Virus record (IMG/VR): IMGVR_UViG_3300023179_004209
Span: 103,832-167,831 of that record
DNA: 64,000 nt
Strand: one strand, 5' to 3'
Source of the DNA: a virus
Lineage: Duplodnaviria; Heunggongvirae; Uroviricota; Caudoviricetes
In this document: in pieces, positions 1 through 9,167 of the stretch
Position numbering within the stretch: the first letter of the stretch is position 1
Layout: the number at the start of each line of letters is the position of its first letter
Program-made: the position numbers and the translations under genes
Notes under the pieces: generated by a model
What the model was told of the DNA's origin: nothing
What the model saw: the letters and a program-made list of their open reading frames with translations, nothing else
Database searches by the model: none

Positions 1-1101
1 GTTACTTGCACTTATTGTAGTATCGTTGATTTTAACCGTATTTGTTACAGTCAATGAACCTGTAATTGCTGCACTGCCACTAAATGGAAATCCTGCGCCA
101 GTACCACCACTTCCTGATGTTAATAATGCATAAGAAGCCGTGATTGCATATATTGAATTGCTTGACGATAAACTATTAAATGAATAGGAAGAAGTCAATG
201 CATAACTGGATGATATACTATTAAATGAATTTGATGCAGTTAATGTATAACTTGACGATATGGAATTATTTGAATATGAAGATGTGCCAAGCAAAGAACC
301 AGTAAACGATCCACTTATATAATTTGTTACTAGAAGACTGCCGGTAATTATTGCACTGCCACTAAATGGAAATCCTGCTGCGGTTCCACCTCCACCGCCA
401 CCACTTCCACTAATAAATGTAAAAGATTGTGGATTTAAATATCTAACTTCTACATCTGTATTATTTGGAGGGGGTACTGTAAAATTAAGTAATGAACCTG
501 TTATACTATAATCTGTTGTTGGTTTTTGTATTAATCCATCAATTGAAACCAAAACATCATAATTGTGAAGTACAGGTTGACCATTTGTAAGAGTAAATTG
601 AGTTGTAGAATTATTACCTGCGAAATATTCTACACCCATCGAACTGGTAACATATGTAATATTAAAATCAGTTTGAAATCTTCTTATTTCAATTTTACTT
701 CCTGATAATGGCAATCCATTTAATGTTAATGTAGATGATGTTAGTGTATAATTTGTTGTAGGTATTTGAGAAACACCATTGATAAAAATCAATGCATCCG
801 AAGAATCTGCATAACTTCCTGTAATTGTATATACTGTCGTTACACCATCTGAAATTATTGTTTGACTCTCTAAATTTACACTAGAAGATAGTACACTACT
901 TGTTATTACTAAATAACCAGATCCGCCTGTTCCACCACCACCGCCGCCTCCACCTCCTACATTACTTGAAGAAAAGAAATTTCCGACTGTAATTTGTTTG
1001 CTAGAGCCTGATATAAAATCACCAGTATCACTTACATCAACGATATATAGAATATCATTCAATGAAGCGGTAACTAATGTATTTAAATCGGTAATTCTCA
1101 T
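1..1101 (-). CDS. Fibre-like virion structural protein, partial (runs off the left edge)
   Basis: Not in the ORF track. Hand translation from the ATG at 1101 stays open to base 1: MRITDLNTLVTASLNDILYIVDVSD...; two 'V.I(N/D)G..Q.PTT(N/D)Y' small beta domains, poly-Gly linkers, two GFPFSGSA.ITGSL.VT motifs and SSSYA-type repeats. Confidence 0.8.
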   Translation of the reverse strand, partial: MRITDLNTLVTASLNDILYIVDVSDTGDFISGSSKQITVGNFFSSSNVGGGGGGGGGTGGSGYLVITSSVLSSSVNLESQTIISDGVTTVYTITGSYADSSDALIFINGVSQIPTTNYTLTSSTLTLNGLPLSGSKIEIRRFQTDFNITYVTSSMGVEYFAGNNSTTQFTLTNGQPVLHNYDVLVSIDGLIQKPTTDYSITGSLLNFTVPPPNNTDVEVRYLNPQSFTFISGSGGGGGGTAAGFPFSGSAIITGSLLVTNYISGSFTGSLLGTSSYSNNSISSSYTLTASNSFNSISSSYALTSSYSFNSLSSSNSIYAITASYALLTSGSGGTGAGFPFSGSAAITGSLTVTNTVKINDTTISASN

Positions 1102-1124
1102 TCTTTAATAAATATTAACTATTA

Positions 1125-4100
1125 TCATATATCTATCGCAAAACCGTACTGATCTGTAAATACATCAGTTCCATTCTGAAAAGAAGCAGTTATCCAAATG
1201 TCACTGGATGAATATATATCATCTGTTGAAGCATTCAATATTACTGGCAAATACCAATAACTACTTGTATTATATTGATAGTGAGGCCAGTTTTTTATTG
1301 AAAAACTAGCTTTATATGGTATATTATAATCTAGATTATCTTTATAAGTAGTTGTTGATCCCTTTCCAATTATAACTATTTCCAAATCGGACTGATAATC
1401 TATTCTACTTGATGTCAATTGACTACCGGACATGTAGAATATTTCATTTATTTGTCGTACATAGTGTCTCAATGATGAACTATTAAATGTTAAATTCGAA
1501 GAACTATCATATGGAACAAATGTTATCTTTGACGCAGTTGCTTGATCAGTTGTAATAGAATATAATTCTGTTCCCGTCAAACTTTGTGTTGTTTCTGATT
1601 TTTCTGGAGAATATACATTATTAATTGACAATTGTATTGTTTCATTTACTGACTTAAATGCGTCTAATGTAGTATATATTAAATCATTTAATCTTAAATT
1701 GTAATTTGATATTTCATTATACGATGTATAATCTATTTGCGGTCTTAAATTAAATGTTAATATTTCCGGTGAATATATATGATTTATATTTGTATATATC
1801 CTACTATCAATTATTTCCGGTGTATAAATATTATTTAATGAGGATGTAATTCTACTATCAATTATCTCTGGAGAATATACATAATTTAATGATGAAGATA
1901 TTCTGAAATTAATTGCGTCTATTTGATCAAACAAATATTTTAACGATATATCAATATCATAATTTATGATCTCTGGACTGTAATTGTAAATTACAGATGT
2001 ATTTACATTAAAATCAATAGATTCTTTGGATAAATTATAACTTAAATTGTTTGTAGAAAGATTGTTATTAGTTCTTTCCTGTGCCAATTCATAAATTAAA
2101 TTTTTTAAATTATTTGTTGAATCGGAAGACTCTTTAGATAATTCATAATTCAGATTATTTAAATTATTTGAATTGTTTACCGATTCTTTGGATAATTCAT
2201 AGTTTAAATTTCTTAAATTTAAATTTGATGATATAGGAGTTGAATTTTGTATATAAGACAATTCATTAATTTTATTTCTAAAAGTTGCTGGAAATGAATC
2301 ATATTTTATCAAAATATCATTGAATTTATTTGAAAAATTAAATTTGTCTGATAGTGTTAATTCATGTAATATCTGATTTACATTATTTGAATATTGAATT
2401 TTATCCGTTAATGTTAATTCGTGTAAAATATTATTTACACTTATACGAAATTCATTTTTATCTATATTAACAATCGAATTGAATATTTCATTCAAGTTCA
2501 ATTCAAACGGAGAAATGTCCAATAATAACCCATCACTACTATTGAATATTTGATTTAATGTTGGTTTGTTTAAACCAAAATCTATTGTGATAGATAAACT
2601 TTTATTTATCTCATTCAACTTTATTGAATTTTGATTTACATCAAAATAAGGTAAAACAAATGTTATATCATTTAATTTATTATAAAATAAACTGTTATCA
2701 ACAACTATTGGTGTATAATCTATACTATCAATTTTTAAATTATATGATGCAATGTCAACAGAAGTAACATAATAATCCGAATTTGATATTGTTGAATTAG
2801 TTGAAGACTTATCAATTTGTACCAGATTATAATTTATATCAGTCAAATTAACTTCAAAATTTCCACTGTTAACTTGATAAAATTTTGAATCTATATTGGA
2901 TAATTTATTATCTGTTGTAAATTTATCAATTAATGTTTGATAATATGATGTGTCATTAAGAGCTGTATTTAAATTAAATGTGTCGGTTAAAACAAAATAA
3001 TTATCCGTTGTTTTAACCGAACTATATTCTGTACTGTAATCAGGTAAACTTAATGTATAAGTTGTATTGTTTAATACATTATTATCAAATCCACTATCAG
3101 TTAAAACAAAAAACAATGTAGTATTATTTAATGTTCTATTAGTATTAAAAGTATCAATTATACTTTTATAATAATCCAATGATTGTAAATTACTGATATT
3201 ATTCGAAGTATCAAGTTTATATAAAAGATAATCCGTGTTTAATAGATTTTCTTGATTTGATGATTTATCCGGAACAAATATTAAATAATCAGTACTTTTT
3301 AAATTGCTTACATTGGCAGAATAATCTGGTCTATATAAAAGACAATCTGTATTTAATAAATTTTCTTTATTTAAAGAAGTGTCAGGAATAAAAGGTAAAT
3401 AATCAACTGTATTTAATGATATATTTGTTATTGATTTATTTATTTGCGGTTCAAAATAATTTAATAAATTAACAGTAATACTATCAGATGATGTATCAGT
3501 AACATAATTTAAATAATCAATTGTATTTAATGAACTATAATTTAATATTTCATCAACTATTTGTTGATTGTAATCAATTATATTTATTGATATACTACTA
3601 TCAGTCTTATCAATCAGAGTCAAATATAAATCAACTGTATTTAAATTAGAAACAACTGTAGATAAATCCAATGTAACATTAATACTATTTACTCCGACCA
3701 ATGACTCATTAATATTTGATGTATCTAAATTAACAAGATCAAGTTTTAAATTGTTTAAATTTAAATTATTATTATTTTGATCCAATAAAACTGTACTTAT
3801 TTCAACTCCACTTAAACCTTTTGTATTTGATGTAGTATCAATTTTTGTAAATTCATTATTTATTATTTTTGACGATAATGAATTTGATGTGGTATCTAAA
3901 TTTAGATTGTTATAACTAAATTCATTTGAACTCAATAAATTTTGAACTTTTTCTTTAGAAGTTTGTTCGTAATCATTGTTTTTTAATCCAAATGATGCAG
4001 TTACAGGCGAATAAGGAGCTAACTCGTAATTTGTATTTTTAAGTCCAAATGAAACTGAAGATTTTTCAGGATTAAAATAAAAATAATCAGTGTTTTTTAA

Positions 4101-4337
4101 AACCAAACCTGTTTGTCCAACTTCAGGAAGATAAAATTTACTTACATTAGATGTACCAAATTGAAAATTACTTTTATCTTTAAAATAATCTGGTAAAATT
4201 CCAACTTCACCCAATTTCAATGACGCACTTACACTTGATGTAAATGTTTCTGCAACAATTAATTCTTTTCCTCTTTTGTAATACGAAATAGGAAGAGATT
4301 TAAACTTTCTATAAAATATGTTATGAAATAATCTCAC
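1125..4337 (-). CDS. 1070-aa repeat protein (19/18/17-aa periodic array), putative structural or ruler protein
   Basis: Long ORF with strict periodicity of Asp and hydrophobic anchors; TATTTATA motif 4 nt upstream; lies among fibre genes. Function inferred. Confidence 0.6.
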   Translation of the reverse strand: MRLFHNIFYRKFKSLPISYYKRGKELIVAETFTSSVSASLKLGEVGILPDYFKDKSNFQFGTSNVSKFYLPEVGQTGLVLKNTDYFYFNPEKSSVSFGLKNTNYELAPYSPVTASFGLKNNDYEQTSKEKVQNLLSSNEFSYNNLNLDTTSNSLSSKIINNEFTKIDTTSNTKGLSGVEISTVLLDQNNNNLNLNNLKLDLVNLDTSNINESLVGVNSINVTLDLSTVVSNLNTVDLYLTLIDKTDSSISINIIDYNQQIVDEILNYSSLNTIDYLNYVTDTSSDSITVNLLNYFEPQINKSITNISLNTVDYLPFIPDTSLNKENLLNTDCLLYRPDYSANVSNLKSTDYLIFVPDKSSNQENLLNTDYLLYKLDTSNNISNLQSLDYYKSIIDTFNTNRTLNNTTLFFVLTDSGFDNNVLNNTTYTLSLPDYSTEYSSVKTTDNYFVLTDTFNLNTALNDTSYYQTLIDKFTTDNKLSNIDSKFYQVNSGNFEVNLTDINYNLVQIDKSSTNSTISNSDYYVTSVDIASYNLKIDSIDYTPIVVDNSLFYNKLNDITFVLPYFDVNQNSIKLNEINKSLSITIDFGLNKPTLNQIFNSSDGLLLDISPFELNLNEIFNSIVNIDKNEFRISVNNILHELTLTDKIQYSNNVNQILHELTLSDKFNFSNKFNDILIKYDSFPATFRNKINELSYIQNSTPISSNLNLRNLNYELSKESVNNSNNLNNLNYELSKESSDSTNNLKNLIYELAQERTNNNLSTNNLSYNLSKESIDFNVNTSVIYNYSPEIINYDIDISLKYLFDQIDAINFRISSSLNYVYSPEIIDSRITSSLNNIYTPEIIDSRIYTNINHIYSPEILTFNLRPQIDYTSYNEISNYNLRLNDLIYTTLDAFKSVNETIQLSINNVYSPEKSETTQSLTGTELYSITTDQATASKITFVPYDSSSNLTFNSSSLRHYVRQINEIFYMSGSQLTSSRIDYQSDLEIVIIGKGSTTTYKDNLDYNIPYKASFSIKNWPHYQYNTSSYWYLPVILNASTDDIYSSSDIWITASFQNGTDVFTDQYGFAIDI

Positions 4338-4549
4338 ATATTATAAATAGGAAGTTTATAATTTGTTCCATTTATTTTTATAATGATATAACCGGCAGAA
4401 ACACCGGCGCCACCAACAGGAGTTTGATCAAAATTCAAACTCCCTGACAATTCCAAAAAATTGCCGTTTATTTTAGCAAATGATACACGCAATGTATCTG
4501 CGTTATCAGAGTTGGCAATTGAACCTGAATTAACTAATTGATATGACAT
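4334..4549 (-). CDS. Small structural adaptor with a gp9/gp10-like N-terminal motif
   Basis: N-terminus 'ANSDNADTLRVSFAKINGNFLEL' resembles the 'DGTGDTLR.A..KIN.NF.ELY' start of T4 baseplate gp9/gp10-type proteins; ATGA overlap with the next gene. Confidence 0.5.
   Translation of the reverse strand: MSYQLVNSGSIANSDNADTLRVSFAKINGNFLELSGSLNFDQTPVGGAGVSAGYIIIKINGTNYKLPIYNM
4342..4349 (-). promoter_or_regulatory. TATTTATA late-gene motif
   Basis: Exact match 4 nt before the ATG at 4337. Confidence 0.65.
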
Positions 4550-4564
4550 AACAGTTCAACTAAA

Positions 4565-6508
4565 TTAAGCTCTATTCCAACTGTATCTAAATACAACCTT
4601 CAATGAATAATCTTTATCTTTAGTTTGATCATTTTGCAATACATAAACATATCCGTTATATCTGGCTGAATCTGTCATTGTACTTGGATTTGTATTCAAA
4701 CTTGTTGGTCCAATGCCAATTGTTCTCCATGCAGGAGCAGAACCTCCTGGCCAATAAGCAGAAGGAATATCAACATTATTTGCATTTGCATTGCTGAATA
4801 CGGCATATTTGTCTCTATAATAACTGCCTGTATTGTACGGTACAATTGTCATTGGCAATTCGAAAGAAAATACTTTAGAACCAGTATTGCTCGATCTATC
4901 TACAGATGCACTAAATAGTGTTGCGGAACCTGTATGTGTAGACAAGAATACACTTGATCCACGAACCCAGTAATTTGATAATTGATTTATTGGTGATGGA
5001 AGTGAACCACTTGGTGTAAATGGATTCCAATCATCCCAATATGTAAATTTTGCAGAAATTTTAGTATTCTTTGTATCATTTAATGAACTGGATCTGCCAA
5101 ACAAAATTCCATATGCGGGTTCATATAACGAACCTGTTCCGTTACCTCCAGGAACAGCTAAACTACTAGGATATACAGGATATGACCAACTACCACTTGT
5201 TTGCATAGAAGTATCATAAAAATATTCGTTTATTAAATTACTATTATTTAGTGATAATGATCCTGTTGTTCCTATAGAAGTATATGTTGCAAGTTTACAA
5301 TATGGAGTCCATAAATTGTCAAGGTTTTGAATTTGATTTGAATTTGTAACATATAATGCTGCTTTAGATTCTACAAACCCTGATTGAACAGTAATTGTAA
5401 TATCATTATATTTTCCTGTTCCGCCAACTACATCTTTAAAAGAACATGAAGTATAAACTCCACTAAAAACAGTATTTGCTGACGCTCTAACAAAATCGGT
5501 TGTAAAATAATTTCTAGGTAAGAAATATGTTGTATCAGGTACAACAAAACTTCCACTATATCTACCTCCAGAAATAGCATTACTTGCAGAAATAGAATAA
5601 TCTAAAATTTGATAAATATTACTATAACCTACGTCAAATTCTTGAAGTGGACCAATTGCTTTAAATGGATTTACTTCATAAGCAGATGATGCTGATGGAT
5701 AATAATTGACTCTGGTGCCATTATACCATCTATTTACAAATCCAAATGCAGGTCCGAAACTTAATTGACCTGGAGCAAATGGTTCATTACAAAATCCACC
5801 TTCATCAATTGGAGTTGCCAATCCACTACCACTATCAATACCACATAAACCTATTTTTTGAATTGCTTCTTTGTCCAATGAACCTGTTGTCCATCCAGTA
5901 AATGATGGAAATGGACTTGGAGTAATACCACCTACACTTGCAGTAGCAGGATTTAAATTTACACGAAGTTCATATGAAACACGCATAAATTGTCCAGCAT
6001 GCAAACTCATTGTTGGATCAAAACGAATTTTACTAAACAATGTATTTGCTGCAGGACTTTCTTTAAATCCTACTTCAGTATATGTAACATTGTCTGTTTC
6101 TTTATAAAAATCAAATGTTCTGAACAATCTTACTGTACTTCCTGATATTACATGTCCACAATTTCCTTGACCTGGCAAATAAAATGAATGTATTTTCTTA
6201 GGTCTCTTTAACATGGTTTCATCATACGATGCAGTAGCAGGATCAGCACCAGTATATGGATAATCTCCGATCAAACAAAATTGGAATGTTTGTGCCCATG
6301 GCATATAAGCAATTTTGTCTAACCCACTATTTAGAATAGTGTTTGGTTTCCAACCAGTTGAAAATGCTTCGTTAATATTGCCGGCCGCATCTGGTTCCAT
6401 GATAGATGCTTTATAGAAACCTTTTACAGTTCTATGTACATTAATAACTTGTGTTTTTTCTTCAACAGGTTTTTGGCCTGGTCTTACAATAAATTGATCC
6501 ATGTTCAT
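4565..6508 (-). CDS. Putative virion fibre/collar subunit (647 aa)
   Basis: Pattern 'NTILNSGLD..YTEVGF..LFSKIRF..MRVSYEL' and C-terminal 'TKDKDYSLKVVFRYSW' resemble tail-collar fibre type beta-sandwich domains; upstream TATTTATA. Confidence 0.5.
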   Translation of the reverse strand: MNMDQFIVRPGQKPVEEKTQVINVHRTVKGFYKASIMEPDAAGNINEAFSTGWKPNTILNSGLDKIAYMPWAQTFQFCLIGDYPYTGADPATASYDETMLKRPKKIHSFYLPGQGNCGHVISGSTVRLFRTFDFYKETDNVTYTEVGFKESPAANTLFSKIRFDPTMSLHAGQFMRVSYELRVNLNPATASVGGITPSPFPSFTGWTTGSLDKEAIQKIGLCGIDSGSGLATPIDEGGFCNEPFAPGQLSFGPAFGFVNRWYNGTRVNYYPSASSAYEVNPFKAIGPLQEFDVGYSNIYQILDYSISASNAISGGRYSGSFVVPDTTYFLPRNYFTTDFVRASANTVFSGVYTSCSFKDVVGGTGKYNDITITVQSGFVESKAALYVTNSNQIQNLDNLWTPYCKLATYTSIGTTGSLSLNNSNLINEYFYDTSMQTSGSWSYPVYPSSLAVPGGNGTGSLYEPAYGILFGRSSSLNDTKNTKISAKFTYWDDWNPFTPSGSLPSPINQLSNYWVRGSSVFLSTHTGSATLFSASVDRSSNTGSKVFSFELPMTIVPYNTGSYYRDKYAVFSNANANNVDIPSAYWPGGSAPAWRTIGIGPTSLNTNPSTMTDSARYNGYVYVLQNDQTKDKDYSLKVVFRYSWNRA

Positions 6509-6528
6509 AAGAAAATATATTTGCTAGA

Positions 6529-6536
6529 TATAAATA
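6529..6536 (-). promoter_or_regulatory. TATTTATA late-gene motif
   Basis: Exact match, intergenic, upstream of 6508. Confidence 0.7.
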
Positions 6537-6586
6537 TAAAAGTTCTATAGATTATATCCTAAAATGTTTAATTATATATATACAAT

Positions 6587-6618
6587 AAAAAACCCACATA
6601 AAGTTAATTATGTGGGTT
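6587..6618 (-). terminator. Intrinsic terminator
   Basis: Stem AACCCACATAA (6591-6601) / TTATGTGGGTT (6608-6618) with an A-run at 6587-6592, just downstream of 6641..6919. Confidence 0.8.
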
Positions 6619-6640
6619 GTTTTGAATTTTGTTTATAGTG

Positions 6641-6919
6641 TCACTTTTTTGCGGGAATAAAGGTGCCGTCTTTCAATGAAAGTGATCCTTCACCATATTT
6701 TGCAGTAATACCATTTAACCAAATTTCTTCTTCTTTTTGAATTTCCAAGAAGTTATTTTTTAAATTTGTTTCTGCTTCAGTTAGTTGTTTGAACTTTTCA
6801 TCCAATGATAGTTTATCCAGATACAACTGTCCGAATCGGAAAGTATTTTCTTGATATTTGGATTGAATTTTACCCAAACCATCTAACTCCTCTTGTGTAA
6901 ATTTAATTGGTTCAGACAT
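6641..6919 (-). CDS. Hypothetical coiled-coil protein (92 aa)
   Basis: Helical heptad pattern ending KYGEGSLSLKDGTF; followed by a terminator. Confidence 0.7.
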   Translation of the reverse strand: MSEPIKFTQEELDGLGKIQSKYQENTFRFGQLYLDKLSLDEKFKQLTEAETNLKNNFLEIQKEEEIWLNGITAKYGEGSLSLKDGTFIPAKK

Positions 6920-6922
6920 ACA

Positions 6923-7135
6923 TTAAGCATCAGGTGCGCCTGAGAAATCAGCAGAAGTTACTGTTGGTTGACTTCCATCTGCATTTACTACTCCGCCTTG
7001 TTGAGGCTGTAGTCTGTTTCGTAGTTCTTGGTTTAGAATACGAATATTAGCTTGTGCTTGTTCAGCTTTTGCCAATTCGTCATAAACCAAAGCCTTTAGT
7101 TCTGTAACACTGAATCTTGATAGTTGATTTTCCAT
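6923..7135 (-). CDS. Hypothetical coiled-coil protein (70 aa)
   Basis: ORF with SD-like AAAGGA upstream; helical LKALVYDELAKAEQAQANIRILNQEL. Confidence 0.7.
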   Translation of the reverse strand: MENQLSRFSVTELKALVYDELAKAEQAQANIRILNQELRNRLQPQQGGVVNADGSQPTVTSADFSGAPDA

Positions 7136-7206
7136 ATTATAATATCCTTTCTAACTTGTAACAAAGATATATATGTGTAATTGTACAATTTTGTTTATTA
7201 TAATTT

Positions 7207-7866
7207 ATGAAAATTTTGTTTTGTTTACCCGGCAGAGAATTTAGCGGTCAATTTTTACAATGTTGGACAAATCTACTTGGATATTGTTATAACAAAGGAC
7301 ATAGTGTTATTTACTCTCAAAAGTATAGTTGTAACATTTATTACGCTCGCAATATGTGTTTGGGCGGTAATATATTAGCAGGTGAAAATCAAAAACCATT
7401 TGGTGGTAAACTGGATTATGATTATATGATGTGGATAGATAGTGATATTATATTCACACCAAAACAATTTCAACAACTATTAGATCATAAAGAAGATATT
7501 GTTAGTGGTGTATACAAAATGGATGGTGGTACTCATTATGCAACTGTTCCTTATTGGGATGAAGATTACTTTCAACAAAATGGCAATTTCCAGTTTATGG
7601 ATGATACAGTGTTGAATGATTTTAAAAGTAAATACAAAAAATTTCCCGTGGTCTATACAGGATTTGGTTTTATGTTAATAAAACGAGGTGTATTCGAAAG
7701 TATGAAGTATCCTTGGTTTAAACCTGAATTTGTTAATATTAGAGGTTCAAAAGACTTTACTATGGAAGATGTTGCATGGTGTAGAGAAGTAAATAAATTG
7801 GATTATCAAGTAATGATTGACCCAAATATTGTTGTTGGTCATGAAAAATTAAAAATCTATACCTAA
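7207..7866 (+). CDS. GT-A fold (GT2-like) glycosyltransferase
   Basis: ARN motif, 'DYMMWIDSDI' DxD motif, 'GFGFMLIKRGVFE', 'EDVAWC', 'VGHEK'. Confidence 0.8.
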   Translation: MKILFCLPGREFSGQFLQCWTNLLGYCYNKGHSVIYSQKYSCNIYYARNMCLGGNILAGENQKPFGGKLDYDYMMWIDSDIIFTPKQFQQLLDHKEDIVSGVYKMDGGTHYATVPYWDEDYFQQNGNFQFMDDTVLNDFKSKYKKFPVVYTGFGFMLIKRGVFESMKYPWFKPEFVNIRGSKDFTMEDVAWCREVNKLDYQVMIDPNIVVGHEKLKIYT

Positions 7867-8874
7867 ACAGGTTAATAAATTTTCAATAAATTTTTCTTTG
7901 GACAACTTGCAAGCGTCAATACTTGCAAGTTTTCCTTTTTGTTTGACTTCATCTCTATTATTATAACAATATCGCATCGTTTCTACCATATGTTCTTCAT
8001 CATATTTTGACCATTTTGCACCAGGATATTCCCAAAATCCAGTGGAATCTACTTCTGTATGACGCAAACAAAAACTATTATCCAATGTTACAAACTCTTT
8101 TAATCCCGCATATCTAGCAACAATTACAGGCCTACCACATGCCATACTTTCGTGTTGCATTAATCCCCAGCCTTCTGCACTTACAGCAGATACAAAAACA
8201 TCGTTTGAACAATACCAATCTTTTAATTCTTGTTTATTTAAATTTTTAGTGTTATAAATAATCTTATTATCAAGAAACTTACGATTTTCACTTTCTGAAA
8301 TTTTAACCGATAATCTTACATCTTTTTCTTTAGGAAATGCTTTATTGAAACATTTTATAACATCAGGTAATCTTTTTCGTGGATCATTATTTCCAGTTCC
8401 AAAAACAAAAAAATCGGAATTATTTGGTTCGGTATAGTTAAAAATATTTGTATCTATACCAAGATTTACCACCGAAATTTTACTTGTACATCCTTGTTGT
8501 TCAAAAGATTCTTTATTCCAATTATTAGGAACTATAATTTGATCAAACATGTTGATTTTATCAATGTAGAAATCACCAATTCTAGTAGCTTCCCACATTG
8601 TAAATAATGACTTATTTTTTCCATTAAAAATATGCAATAATGGATGTCCGTCATCTGGATACACAAATGGCGGAAACAATAATAGTTCTTTTTCAGTTCC
8701 ATCTCTAGATGGGTATGATTCAAAAAAAGAAGAAAATTCTGTTTCTGGTCTGTGGTAATATTTCGGTATTATCACCACATTTCTTTTAACAGATTCTTCT
8801 AATATAGTTGAAAGTAATGTATTATAACCAGATTTAAAATTGTATTCGCTCGTAACCAGTAATCTATTTGACAT
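7849..8874 (-). CDS. GT-B fold (GT4-like) glycosyltransferase
   Basis: 'DVFVSAVSAEGWGLMQHESMACGRPVI' E-x7-E signature, 'PRKRLPDVIKCF', 'LGIDTNIF'. Confidence 0.88.
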   Translation of the reverse strand: MSNRLLVTSEYNFKSGYNTLLSTILEESVKRNVVIIPKYYHRPETEFSSFFESYPSRDGTEKELLLFPPFVYPDDGHPLLHIFNGKNKSLFTMWEATRIGDFYIDKINMFDQIIVPNNWNKESFEQQGCTSKISVVNLGIDTNIFNYTEPNNSDFFVFGTGNNDPRKRLPDVIKCFNKAFPKEKDVRLSVKISESENRKFLDNKIIYNTKNLNKQELKDWYCSNDVFVSAVSAEGWGLMQHESMACGRPVIVARYAGLKEFVTLDNSFCLRHTEVDSTGFWEYPGAKWSKYDEEHMVETMRYCYNNRDEVKQKGKLASIDACKLSKEKFIENLLTCLGIDF

Positions 8875-8875
8875 T

Positions 8876-9151
8876 TTATGTATTTGGTATAAAAATACTG
8901 CCTACAACACTTTCTCTTTTAGTTTGAAAATAAGCAAGCAAATTTTCATTGTCCGTAGTTAAATTTGAAAATGCTAAATTACAAACTTCAGATTGAGTTT
9001 TACCATTGGTATCTGAAAGAGACACCAATGTTTCAAGTGTTCCAGTATTTCCTGTTGTTAAATCTTTTGCCAAAAATCCAACCGCTATACATGTTGGACG
9101 ATCTGGTGGGTGTAATTCGTATCTAGATATTGTATATTCTATATTGTCCAT
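8876..9151 (-). CDS. Hypothetical protein (possible fibre assembly helper)
   Basis: 91-aa ORF directly downstream of the 1652-aa fibre; function inferred from position only. Confidence 0.55.
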   Translation of the reverse strand: MDNIEYTISRYELHPPDRPTCIAVGFLAKDLTTGNTGTLETLVSLSDTNGKTQSEVCNLAFSNLTTDNENLLAYFQTKRESVVGSIFIPNT

Positions 9152-9167
9152 ATATTTTAATTATAAA

